Origin: Hormiphora californensis
Lineage: Eukaryota > Animalia > Ctenophora
Direction: 5' to 3'
DNA: 64,000 nucleotides
Assembly (NCBI GenBank): GCA_020137815.1
Contig: CM035355.1
Coordinates: forward strand, 4,278,001-4,342,000
Made by a program: the position numbers and the translations under genes. Each line of letters begins with the position of its first letter. The first letter of the stretch is position 1. Positions 40,980 through 55,773 of this stretch are shown in pieces. The notes under the pieces are model-generated. The model worked only from the letters and a program-made list of their open reading frames with translations, searched no databases and had not been told where the DNA came from.

Positions 40980-41773
40980 TATATATATATATATATATAT
41001 ATGTATAGACGCTTTGTTACCTTCCGTTTGGTCCCAGTTTGAGACGAACCAGACATCGTACGACCTTAAACCAAACGGCATTCGACAGATAATTGTCTCG
41101 TGCATGTACCCATCTGGGTGGCGACTCTCCATCTTACCTATGACGCGCGCAATGACATCACGAGTGACGTCATTGCGCGAGAGCGACTAACTTTTTTCAA
41201 ACGCCTCTAGCACCCTGAAGACGTGTTCCGATTTCTGATTTGACGAAAAATCGTTACCGGCAAATCGTCTGAACTTTCAGATACTATATAGCGAAATTTC
41301 GTAGCTTATCATTTTGAGCCCTTAAATCGCGTCGGAAGTCAAAAATTTGACGAAAAAATCAGTAAATTGAAAGTTTTTCGAGCAAAAACTCCCTTTCCTG
41401 ACCACTGTGGTCAATGAAACTTTACAAGCTCCTTTGGGGTATTGATTAAAAATATATCATGATGCAATTACGCCGTTACGACGTCACTAATCACGTCAAA
41501 TGACGTCATTATGACGTCTAAAATACGATTTTCACAGAAATTCGTCTCGTTTCTCATATAACGCATCATTTCGACAATATTACATCATGGAATAATGTCA
41601 TGCTGCGATTAGAAACCAAAAAGAGACCTAAATTAAGCCAAAAACTAATTGAAATTAGTTGGCGTGAAAGGTGACCCACTTACACCTTTGCCTGCTGCCG
41701 GGATCAGGGATTATAAGAGGTGAAAATAATGGAATAAGACAGTGAAAGAGAGTATGATAGAGTGAGAGAGAGT

Positions 41774-41861
<88 letters not shown>

Positions 41862-42039
41862 CAGGGAGGAGAGAGAGGTCAGAGGGATAGAACGAACAGG
41901 AATAAGTTAGCCTCAAAAAATAAGAGATTGAGATACCGAGGGATAGAATGAGAGTTCGTGGTGATACCCGGCAGTAGCAAAAGGTGTAAGTGGGTCACCT
42001 TTCCCGCCAACTAATTTCAATTAGTTTTTGGCTTAATAT

Positions 42040-43460
42040 TAATTCCCTTTTTTAAACCGGGTTCTCCCACTAATACCTTCTTGATCCTTTTTTTTTTTTT
42101 AAAAAAAGGAATAAAAAAAAAACGGCACACCAAAAACCAAAAACCAAGTGAAAGCCCTTTTTTTCCAAAAAAAAAACATAATTTTGATAACACTTTGGAA
42201 ACCCTTTTTTTTTTGGGGGGGTTGGGAAGGACCCCTAAAAAAAAAAACCCAAAATTTAAATTTAATTAGGGGAATTTAAAAAAAAATTATTTAAAAAAGC
42301 AAATTTGTTTAAAAAAAACACCCTTTAAAAAAAATTTTTTATAATTCCCTTTCCCCAAACCCCCAAAAGTCCCCAAAATTTAAAAAAAATTTTTTTGGTG
42401 GTTCCCTTTTTTCGGTCGTTCCTGGTTCAAATACTACCTGCAAATCCTTCCTGAATTAAAAATTCTCCCCGTTTCCCCTTTCCTTTTTTCCCTCTTTCTT
42501 TTTCCCATTGGCCTTAACCTTGTAATCTTTTTCTTTTCCCGCCCCCTTTTTTTTTTTTTGGGTTTTGGTCCGGGTTCCCCCCTTTTTTTTTTAAACCCCC
42601 TGGGGGGGGGGGTTTTGGGGGGGCTTTCCTTTCCCCTTTTGCTGGTTTTTATTGGTTTTTTGGGGGGGAAAAAAAGGGGGTTTTTAAAAAAACAAAAAAA
42701 CAGTCAACAGAGGGGTTAAATTGGGCGAAATTATTTAAATTTTTGGGGTTTTAAAAACCTTTCCTTTTAAACCCTGAAAAGTTTTTTTTCCCCCCAACGA
42801 AAAGGGGTGGTTGGGGAAAGGGGGAAAAAGGGGTTTTTTTGGGGGGGGGGATAAAAAGGTTGAAAGGGTAAATTTTGAAAAATTTTTTTATAAAAAATGC
42901 TTTTCACTGATGGGGGAAATTTTTTAAATTCTTTTTTTAAAAAAAAAAGGGGGAAAAGTTTTTTTTTTTAAAAAGGGGGGAGGAAGGGGGGGTAGGGAAG
43001 GGAGGGGGAAAAGGGGGGGGAGAAAAAAGGGGGGGGTGGGGGAAATTGGGGGATAAAAGGGGGAAAAGGGGTTTTTTTTAAAAAAAAAAAGGAAAGGGTT
43101 GGTTTAAAATTTTTTTTTCATAAATTAATCTTTTTCTATTATCCAAAACGAGGATTTTTTTAGAAGGGGTTGAAAAAAGGGGGAAAAGGCCAGGGGGGTA
43201 AAATTTTTAAAGGGTTAATTTTATTAAATTTTATTTTTTTTACATTTTTCAAAAAGGGAAAAATTCTTTTCTTGTCCCGAACCAAAACAAAAAAAAACCT
43301 AAAATTACAAGAAAGAAAAGGGGGGGAGGTTTAAAAAAGTTTTTTAAAATTAAAAGGGAAAACAATTTCTCCTTCATTTTTCCCTTTCGTCCCTTTTTTT
43401 CTCCCCCTCTTTTTCAATATTTTTCTCTTTTGGGCCCCCTTCCCCCCATGGGGGGTTTAA
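42040..43460. other. Homopolymer-saturated low-quality sequence (probable uncorrected long-read segment)
   Basis: Almost entirely runs of A/T/G/C; includes a garbled hAT-MITE end (ttcggtcgttcctgg, ~42411). Confidence 0.7.
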
Positions 43461-43733
43461 CATATTAATATCGTATACCAGAACTTGAGATTTTGCCTAT
43501 AAAAGAGACCAAGTAGAGAGATTGCTGTATGAGACGAGAATAGAGAGAGAGAGATTCGAGAGAGAGAATAATTTTGACAGACGGCGTACGTTAGTAAGAA
43601 AATAGGTTACTATTACTACTGATGACAGGAGAGGAAACTCTGTTTGAAGATTCTTTTTGTTACAGTTATAACAAAAACGAGAGGAAATAGTCTTTGTTTA
43701 TGAACAGTGACGAAAGAAAGAGAGAGAGAGATA

Positions 43734-43886
<153 letters not shown>

Positions 43887-44267
43887 GTGTAGCGAGTGTT
43901 GGGTTACAAGGAGTGACAGTAAATTATGCGGTGTGTGTGACATGATTATGCCAAAGACGAGGTATTTTATCAGACGAGTGTCGGGCTATGTCAAAGAAAT
44001 GGGTATCATGGCCGATGGGGGGTAAAATATTTTAGAGGGTTAATTGTGTCCACGGGTCCGTAAATTCTTGATTTGTTTGACATTGTTTCAAACAGTCAGA
44101 GAATATCAAATATAAACCTTACATCATGCTCCAGACGCAGCACTCACAAAAAAAAACAAACCTCACAATTCACATTAGAAACCGAAGTTAGGACCGAAGT
44201 GTTCGTGAAAGACCCTGTTTTTCTGGTCCATCCTACCCAGTAATATCTGATTATCTCACCCTCTCAC

Positions 44268-47023
<2,756 letters not shown>

Positions 47024-47522
47024 CTGAGGAGTGTGTGTTTTTATTACACAGTGACAAGATTGATTAGTTAGTTAATCAACTAATTAACTACATGATTAAT
47101 TAATTAATTACATGATTGATTAATTAATTAATTAATTACATGATTGATTAATTAATTATTGGATCCCACCTGGTACTGCGGCATTTCTATTCTGGAAGGA
47201 AAAAACGATAAACATGTTGAAACGTTGCAAAACGTGGAGTTAAAAAGTAATAACTTAAACACAAGATTACAGAAAAACCTTCACATCTCTCGAACACCAC
47301 CATTTCCCTTATCATTATTTGTCTCCAGTCTCTTGTCATATATTTCAGCTCTATTCCCCCTTAGATCTATCACAATTGCAGCTCTCAATGGCACTGGTCT
47401 CCCAAAAAGTTACTCCTATTCTCCCAATGTGTCTCTCATTGTGGTTCACCACTCTCTCTTTCTCTAAAGTATTCCTCACCACCAGTATGCTTCATCACCA
47501 TATCACCATGGTGAGGCAACAC

Positions 47523-48567
47523 TCAGTGCTTGGTGACAGCAACACCCATGGTGTCACACTGATCCATGATCAACATACACATCTGTTTCAGGGGCATGTG
47601 CTTTAGTCGGGGATCGTTGTCCACCTTAGTCTTCGCTATGTGATACACCTGCAACGAGAAAGAGAAAATGTTAGATTTTAGACGTTTGCAGATCTTTTTG
47701 ATTTTGATATTATCCTGGATTTTATTTGGTGAGTTTGTGAAGTAAGAACTAGAAAACTAGGGGGTAACCTTGGTAATGAAATTACCCCTCTGTTATTATT
47801 GCTATGCAATGAAAGGGGTGACTTCGTAACCAAGGGGTAACCATGGTGACAAATTCCAGGGTCCCTCACCATTTGTCACCATGACAACACCCTGGAAACC
47901 ATCTCATTACCTGTTTCATATTGATAGTTCCGACCCACTCACTTCCCTTGTGTGTCCCTCCTTTGTTGATTCCCGCTGCCAGTTTAATGAAATGGGATGT
48001 GATCGGGTAGTACATATCCCACTTATACGATCTGAGAGGGGTGAAATGAAAGATGAGTAACAGCTGGAGTGGTCGACCCCGATATATTTTTAAGGAGGGT
48101 TAGAACAGAGGGGGAGTCCGCCGTCTGGGGGTCAAAAAGTTCAATAACATAAACATAACAAAAGTTAACAGGGAGAGATTACTATACAGGTTCACATGTT
48201 CACAGGTTCACAGGAATGGAAGTTACTATTACTACTACTACTACTAAGTACTACTACTAAGTACTACTCCCCTACTACTACAGATTGCCTTGGCTTGCCA
48301 ACGGGGAAATAAAGTAGACATACATCTTACACCCTACCTGTCTTCATAGATATAGAGGTCAATAGCCATGGGGTATCCCTCTTTAAAATGCTTCGTTCTC
48401 TCATTAAACTCCTTGCAGAACTTTGGGGCGTTGATACCCTTCGACCCCAGACTCGGACCAAGAGGTGGACTAGGGAAGGCCTGGCGTGTCGGAACATTCA
48501 TCCGGAACTTGAGCGGTTTACTAGGGTCCCTCGGCCAAAGTGTCTTACTGGTTGCAGCTTTTGACAT
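47523..48567 (-). CDS. MRPL11: Mitochondrial ribosomal protein L11 (uL11m); exons ~48567-48337, 48032-47910, 47648-47523
   Basis: AFPSPPLGPSLGSKGINAPKFCKEFNERTK, YEDRSY, VGTINMKQVYHIAKTK...TMGVAV. Confidence 0.92.
47770..47833. mobile_element. 64-bp minimal derivative of the 30351-30927 transposon
   Basis: Same two TIRs, 9-bp TSD GGGGTAACC. Confidence 0.85.
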
Positions 48568-48718
48568 GATATGCTATAAAGTAGGAGGTTTGTAGGTTTG
48601 GAATTTAACAATTTCAACTTTTTCAGACAACTCAATTTAATTTCATTGAAATAAAGAAAAAGGTAAACAAATTAAGAGAGAGAAGGGATACAACAAGACT
48701 GGGGGGATTATTTAATTT

Positions 48719-50001
48719 CTACAGTTCTGACCCCACAACCATTGGTTCTGAAACCTCGTCTTTACACGGTGGGGACCCCTTCTTAAATCGTTTAGCTACC
48801 GGTGTATCTGGTGAAGTTGTGTCGTCGGGCTGGGAACTTAACGGAGTTGGAGAGATCGACAAGGATTGAAGGGGTGTCTCCGGTCGAGCGAGGGGAGAGA
48901 TTTCTAAAACACTCGTCTGGGATTGTGTGCCTGGGGTTAAAAGGGTAGTTAGACACTGTCTACAGGTGAACTACTTGGCAAAAAATGACAGTGTATGGCA
49001 TGCACTGCATGCGAAATTTGGTGGTTTTTTAAATGACAGATAGTAATGTCTAGAGAAGTCTGGGAACAGTTTATATGAAAACACTCTGCCATTTCATAAA
49101 CTAAAAGTCTAGACTAATTAATATGAAGTACGCACCGGACTCCCTCTGTTTTCTCCTCTCCATTGCTCGTAACCTATTCAGTCTCATCCTCTCTATTTGT
49201 TCTGCGGTTAGGGCTGGCGGTGGTGGTGCCACCTCGTGCCGTGGTGGGGACTTGACAGGGGAGGGTGCTGGAGGTTGGGAAGTTGGGGCTGTTCCAAATA
49301 GACCAGAATCATTTGCCACCTTTGGGGATGGAAATGAATTAGAAAACAGAATGTAATGAGAATATGTAATGAGAATATGAATCACAACACGTTTCATACA
49401 TACATCTGGTTCAGGCCAAGCTTCATCATTATCATCATCATTATCACTATCCTTTCCAGTGATAACAGCCATTCTCCTATGCTCCTCATAAATCTCCATC
49501 TTCTTATTGTAACATTTCCTCCTGTTTTTCAGTCCCAGGTGCTCCACTTTCTCCAGCACATCTTTAAAGGTCATTTTAGGGTAGAGACGGTGAGCCCAGT
49601 GTTCGTACGCTCGACATATTTTGGTAATATCATCAAGCTCGTGACCTTTACCACGCAGTTTCAGCGGTTTTATATGGCTCGGAATCGCAGATAGTCCCCG
49701 GTCGGAAAACAACTTTTCAAGATCGAGTTTTAGAAGCACACGCTTTGGTTTCTGCGTTACAACATCCTCGCCAGTGACCGTGTTAACGATTTTGATTGTT
49801 CGTTCTGGTGCTTCTTCTGCTTCATCATCTCTGTTTCCCGGAATTCCATAATCGTCACCAAACAACTCGTTCATCAACTGCAACGAAAAGAGGTTATTAA
49901 AAGTGAAACTTGATGCATTTTAACCGTTATCTTACCTCGCCATCGTCGAGAGGAGCGTCATTTTCGATGATATTCTGGAACTCTTGAGTCACGTCATCCA
50001 T
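48719..50001 (-). CDS. TIPIN: TIMELESS-interacting protein (Swi3/Csm3); ~4 exons
   Basis: KLDLEKLFSDRGL...KGHELDD...YEHWAHRLYPKMTFKDVLEKVEHLG; LTAEQIERMRLNRLRAMERRKQR (RPA-binding motif). Confidence 0.92.
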
Positions 50002-50089
50002 TATTCAACCACTAAAAGACGGAAAGCTAAGCGTTTGTGATGTTACAAAAGCTTGATGATCCCTTGGCACCGGTCGCTGCAGTAGAATA

Positions 50090-52019
50090 ATGTCCATTTT
50101 TTTTCAACTGTTCACCCCCCAAAGTCGTGCGCGGAATTGTTTTGCGCGTTTATCACATGTTAAAGGGATACTGACATATTCAAAAATTTTTGACTTTTTC
50201 AACGATCCTGGGTGTGGTAACTGGTTGGGAGATAACAAGAATTATTGCATTATGTATTCATAATGCGGTGTTTCCCTGCCCTCCGTCGACAGGATCAGTA
50301 TCACACTATCAGTATCACAATATCAAGGCTTGGTCACAATGTGAGATGCATGCGTCCTGTATGTATGCAGTTACACAGCTGTTTTACTCTACCCTCACCC
50401 CTTCAGCAACAGTGTTGTGAGCGCCGCGCACAGCTTTGAAAATAAGCGTCCTGACATCATATTTCATCAAAACAGTTATTTTTTTATGAAGGACAGTTAC
50501 TATGCTGCTACCGTGACACCACGCGATTTTGACCACGCTCGAGTTACTATTTCAAATCCGAGATTTCTAAACCCTTTATGATCTTTTTAGCGCACGTGCT
50601 AAAACGATCATCCGGGTGGATGCCCTTCGGGCATCCACCCGGGCAGGGAAAAAATAGGATTAGTCGAAGTGCGAACTCTCTACTCCCTCTCGTTCTCAAG
50701 ATATAGGGCCCCACCTTTTAGCACTTCGTAATTGGTTATGGTAAAGGGGGAGAGTTGTATTGCAAATTACATGTAAACACGAGTATGTTTATCTGTCAAT
50801 ATCTCAACTTTCACATGCACGATTTTGACCGGATTTTTTTCTGGAAGTGAAAAATGTTTTAAATTTTTAGTATTTTCTTATGATGTATCAGAATGACCAA
50901 AAATATCAGTAAATAAACAAGTAAACATTGCAGCTTGAGGTGAACTGGAGTGCATTGTCAATTAGACCCAATTATGGTCAATTAGGGCACTTTGCCGACC
51001 TCTAAGACTTGGAAAAGTTGTTCATGTGATTAGCGTATCAAAATTAGTGTGTAAGTGCCCTCACAGGCGATCTTTCAGCATTTCCAGTTGAAAATGCAAT
51101 TATCGCCAATTAGACTGAATTATGCTCAATTAGGACACTTTCTTCACCTCTGACGGCTTGGAAAAGCCGCTTACGTGATTCAGCGTATCACAATTAGTGG
51201 GATAGTGCTCTCACATGAATTATAAGTTTCATGCGATAAGTTACAGTTACGATCAATTAGACCCGATTATGCTCAATTAGGGCACTTTCTCCACCCCTGA
51301 GCGCATGCCGAAGTTGCTCACGTGATTCAACGTATCAAAATTAGTCGGGTCTAGTGGTTTTGCCTTTTATACCAATTAGTTGGCTAAATTTTTCAGTTTA
51401 TACTCTCCTAGGATACAATATTCATTTTAGGGCTGAATAGTTAATAACTATTGACATGCTATTGACTATGGGCAAAATATTAACCATTTGTATGTAAAAT
51501 TGAGGAAGTACAGCCAAGTCTGATTGACATTAGTTACTGAATACCATGATAATATTGTTCTAAGAGGCATACATTTCAAAAAAATACGGTCTTGCTTAGT
51601 TATAGTTCTATCTATCCTGACAAGACTAGAGACAAATGGAAACAAAAAACGGAAACTAGAAGTGGTCTTAAAGTTTTTAGAAAAAACCCGGTCAAATCGC
51701 ATGTGTATAGCTGAGATAATGACATATAACAGGCTCGTGTTTACCTTAATCTGTAATACTGTCTCCTCCTCTTACCATAACCAATTAGGAGTGCTAATAT
51801 TCGGGTCCCTATATTTGAAAAGTAGAGGGAGTAGAGAGCTCGGACTTCGACACAATGTATTTATTCTCTCAGATGATGTGATTGAGCAATGTTTTACTAA
51901 AATTTGAGATGGTCGATTTGAATATGTCAGTATCCCTTTAACGTGTAGCGCGCGCAGCGTAAATTAAAATATCGCACGCGCATGAGTTGAGGGGTGAACA
52001 GTTGAATAAAAATGGACAT
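50090..52019. mobile_element. Short TA-flanked MITE split by a nested insertion
   Basis: TIR atgtccattttt.ttcaactgttcacccc / ggggtgaacagttgaa.aaaaatggacat; TA flanks. Confidence 0.75.
50164..51937. mobile_element. Non-autonomous TTAA-targeting transposon (Kolobok-like, AGG terminus)
   Basis: Perfect 21-bp TIR AGGGATACTGACATATTCAAA, TTAA on both sides; internal inverted repeat (~50665-50790 vs ~51730-51850) and internal tandem repeats (~50955-51350). Confidence 0.8.
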
Positions 52020-52890
52020 TAAAGTGAAAGCGAAACAAATACAAATCCATATAATAAATTCCAAAATGTTAGTCCGATAATTGTTTTCTCCCTACTCCTC
52101 CTACAGTTTTTGAGCTAGACCCCTGAAAATTTGTACACTGGTACTTTGGACCAAGGCGGGTGTAAGTACGGGCTCAGATTTTTGATCCGATCTTTACAAC
52201 AGTGACGTCACGGGGTGACGTCATTGCGACAAAAAGACTTACATTTTTCAAACGCTTCTAAGACCCTGAAAACGGTCTAAATCAAAAAACTAACGCACTA
52301 GTGGGGAAGAGAATCGTTTGAACTTCATTTACATGATAACGATTTCCCGTAACTCAATGTTTAAGGGTCGTAAATCGCGTCGGGAAAGTTAAAATGTCCA
52401 AAAATACGATATTTTTCACCGTAGCCACCCAAAATCTTATCCAATCGATATGAAACTTGGTCGTTATGTGAATTTTAATTTCCTTTGGCCAGGGGTTCCC
52501 GGAAAACGGATTGGCAAGATGAACTGACCGAGTTCTTATAATTCTAAATTCACGAATTTGGAATTTTTCGTCGACTTTTTTTTGGCGACATAAAACGCGA
52601 GGAATTTTCAATGAATTTTAAAATTTTACACTGCGCGCGTAATTCTAGGTTCCGCGCGCGGCGTAAAAAGCAGCGCTTTTTTGGAAAATTCGCGCGTTAC
52701 AGTAAATGATTTACCCGCCTCGCCAAAATTGTAAGTGCGTTTCAAACGACTTGACCTGAGATTCCTGGAAATTCAGGATTTCCCCTTTGTAAATACACGC
52801 GCAATGCGCCAAATTCCAAGAATTACGGGTCAAGTCGCTTGAAACGGACTTTAATGGCCGTTTTTTCAAAAACCCAAGGTGTATGATATA

Positions 52891-53136
52891 GTAGGAGCGG
52901 TTAGATCACCACGTGGTTAAAGTCGCATGCCACCCCTTTTTGCGCATTGTCATAGCTCCTCGAGGTCGCATCCAATCATTATCAAGAAATGTCCCTCAAG
53001 TTTTCGCTTCTCCTTGAGGAGATCTACAGGTTTGATGAAGGTCACTTTTGGATTGGATGCAAAATGAAGCCGTGAGAGTAACCTGAGATTAGGGTGGCAC
53101 GCGACTTTCTGCACGTGCTGATCTAACCGCTCCTAC
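52891..53136. mobile_element. TA-flanked MITE
   Basis: ~45-bp TIR gtaggagcggttagatca.cacgtg...aaagtcgc.tgccaccc. Confidence 0.8.
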
Positions 53137-53568
53137 TATGAGAACAAACAAATTATCTTTTAAAAATCAAACACAATGTCACCGTTATATGAGGATTAAT
53201 TACATTTACCAGGTCACGGGTTCCCAGCAAACGGGTACTCTAGTACAAATACAAATACAAATATACATTTATTGTCCGCTTTTCATTGTCCATATTTTAA
53301 AGAACAACACGAGTTCTGTTAGGTCTTGACTACTTGCATCACTTGGTGCGGACTTCGTCTCACTAACTCTCGTTCAAAAGCGGTTAGTTCTATACCAAGG
53401 ATTTCCAATTATTATTACAAGATGGTATTTTTCTGAAGGTAGGTCTTGTTAGTTAAACAAATTTAAATCGGATGATGAAATATACTGTCTCTGCTTACTG
53501 CAGATTGATAAAATATGCTCTTGGATCTAGGGATCCAGAAATAAATACTTTAGCACCAGGGCTTTAGC

Positions 53569-53675
53569 AACAACAACGAACTGGCTGCGCGTCGCGCATT
53601 CGTTGCGCATAACGATCTCACCGGAGAGATTCACATGCGCAACGTTGCGGGACGCGCAGCCAGTTCGTTGTTGTT
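53569..53675. repeat. Long imperfect palindrome (MITE-like hairpin)
   Basis: aacaacaacgaactggctgcgcgtc ... gacgcgcagccagttcgttgttgtt. Confidence 0.75.
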
Positions 53676-54700
53676 TCGCTTACACTTTACCAGAAAACAC
53701 ACGGAACGGACCGTTTTTTAAAAAGGAAAACTTTTGTGAAAAGTTTTCAGACAACGAAACTCCAAATTTCCAACCTCTTGCTACAATTACGCGGTGCATT
53801 AAACATAACGCGCGAGCTAAAACAAAGTTTGCCACTCGGATCGTGCCGCGCACATTTGTAAACTTGAGAGTGAAAAAGCACGAAATTTCGCGAAACGCGT
53901 TTCCCAAACAAAACGGAAAACGTTAAAATTTGAAAAGCGCTGCCTTATCCCGCGCTGCGCCGTTTGCCAACGTTAAAATTAAAAATCTGGGTGCCTTTCA
54001 TTGCTAACAATTCGTAGTTTTAGCGCGCGCGACGGGTTAGGGCTATCCGTTAGGCGTTAGTTGAAAAGCGGATTATAAATTTATATTTTGTATTGTATTT
54101 TGTATTGTATTGTATTGTATTAGGGTTTGGTTTGGGGTTATCGGTTAGGGCTATCGATTCTTTATCTGTTATCAGTTGAATAGTCGGTCTAAGTGCACTC
54201 TTTTGAGTTTTGGTAGCACGCACCTGTAAACACGCAGCGGCTGCAAGGCACCCAGATTATAATCGCGCCCAAACTAAACGGGCGCCGTTAAGATCTGGGT
54301 GTTTCGACTTTCGTGGCCTGTGTACAGATGCGCACTGCCAAAAAAGTTGATTCACTAAAAAGTAAAACAGCTCTAACCGCCGAACCACTCAACCGTTTTG
54401 GCTAATTCAAAGTTTATCTGGTAGGACATGTCAAGGCCTAACCACAACCCAAACCCCAACCCCAACCCTAGCCCTACTTTAGCCCTAACCTTAAAAAACC
54501 GTTTGTCAGCACTCACGAAACACCCAGATTTTAACGCTGGCCAAACTAAACGCGAAAGTTACGTTGAGATTTTTTTTTGGAAACTTTTAAAAGCGCTGTA
54601 TTCATTGTTCAACACAGCTACAAACAAGGCACTGGGCCCACAGTCAACTAACACGCTTGTACATACCACTCTTTGAATAAACATCTCATTTAGGCGAACA

Positions 54701-55186
54701 ATGCCAAAAGACTACACCTTTTTCTACACAACTGCCTCGCCGTTCAGCCAATTTCACCCGTGTGAGTTTGAGGAAAATGGAATCAAGTTTATAGCAGCAG
54801 AACAGTATATGATGTATCAAAAAGCAGTACTCTTTAATGACTCTGACATAGCACAGCAAATCCTTCTCGCTACGAAACCAATGGAAATGAAAAAGCTAGG
54901 TCGGAGGGTTTCTGGTTTTGTTGAATCTGTTTGGGTTGAAAACAGAGAAAAAATTGTGACGCAGGGCAGCTATTTGAAGTTTACTCAAAATGAACACTTA
55001 AAGCGTGACCTTCTCGCGACGGGAAATTCATTCTTAGTAGAGGCATCGCCATCAGATAGAATTTGGGGTGTAGGGATGAAGGAGTCTAACCCTGCTATTC
55101 GCAATGAAGCCAATTGGAAAGGAATGAATCTTCTTGGTAAAATATTAACCGAAGTTAGAGAAAGAATCAAAGAGGAAAATGAATAG
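54701..55186 (+). CDS. NADAR/YbiA-family N-glycosidase, intronless
   Basis: FSQFHP, AEQYMMYQKAVLF, KKLGRRV, KFTQN..LK..LLATG, LVEASPSDRIWGVG, WKGMNLLGKIL. Confidence 0.93.
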   Translation: MPKDYTFFYTTASPFSQFHPCEFEENGIKFIAAEQYMMYQKAVLFNDSDIAQQILLATKPMEMKKLGRRVSGFVESVWVENREKIVTQGSYLKFTQNEHLKRDLLATGNSFLVEASPSDRIWGVGMKESNPAIRNEANWKGMNLLGKILTEVRERIKEENE

Positions 55187-55773
55187 GAAAAATAAGGAAA
55201 ATAATTCTTGTTCCATTCTTTTAGAGGTTTATGTGGTGATTTGTGTCTGATCTAGTGCTCAAACGAGTTGGAAAGATATACACAACTGTTTTAAAAACGG
55301 CATATATTTGTTTTAAACAGTTGTTTAGTTTTGTACAGGTGATGTTTTATACAGTATCTCATTCTCATGTAGATATTTTGTATGAAAATTAATCATAATA
55401 TTCCTCTACTCAATTCTCGGTATCTTATATAATTTACCCACTCTACCCTCTCCTTCTTAGTAGCGATATGACGTCATTATTACAGAGAATTCGGACTCGG
55501 AATCATGTAAGTTAATTCTTCTTCATCTTGTCTTGCTCGATCCTGTTTCACCATGAGTCATGACACATAACAAATTCATATCCATACCTCTCCAACACGT
55601 AGCTTCACATCAATTTCATTCTCACTCCGCCACAAAATCCTACCCTGAGTACTAACTGCATACCATTTCCATCCCAGTATACTTCATTTCCCACTTCCTT
55701 TACTTGATCCATTCCGACATGCAAGTTGCAATAGTTCATTTCCCACTTCCTTTACTTTGTGTAAGTTGCTATT

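Larger units (their letters stand above)
38850..42036. repeat. Tandem duplication of a ~1-kb composite repeat (38850-40979 with an insertion; 41000-42036 without)
   Basis: atgtatagacgctttgttacc... recurs at ~41001; both copies end in the TTAAGCC palindromic element. Confidence 0.85.

Noticed and set aside
42040-43460. Novel homopolymer-coded or G-quadruplex region
   Set aside because: Pattern typical of a poor long-read consensus; contains a garbled copy of a repeat seen intact elsewhere
54030-54495. Interstitial telomere (ttaggg/ccctaa-like motifs)
   Set aside because: Only scattered degenerate units in inverted arrangement, more consistent with MITE subterminal repeats
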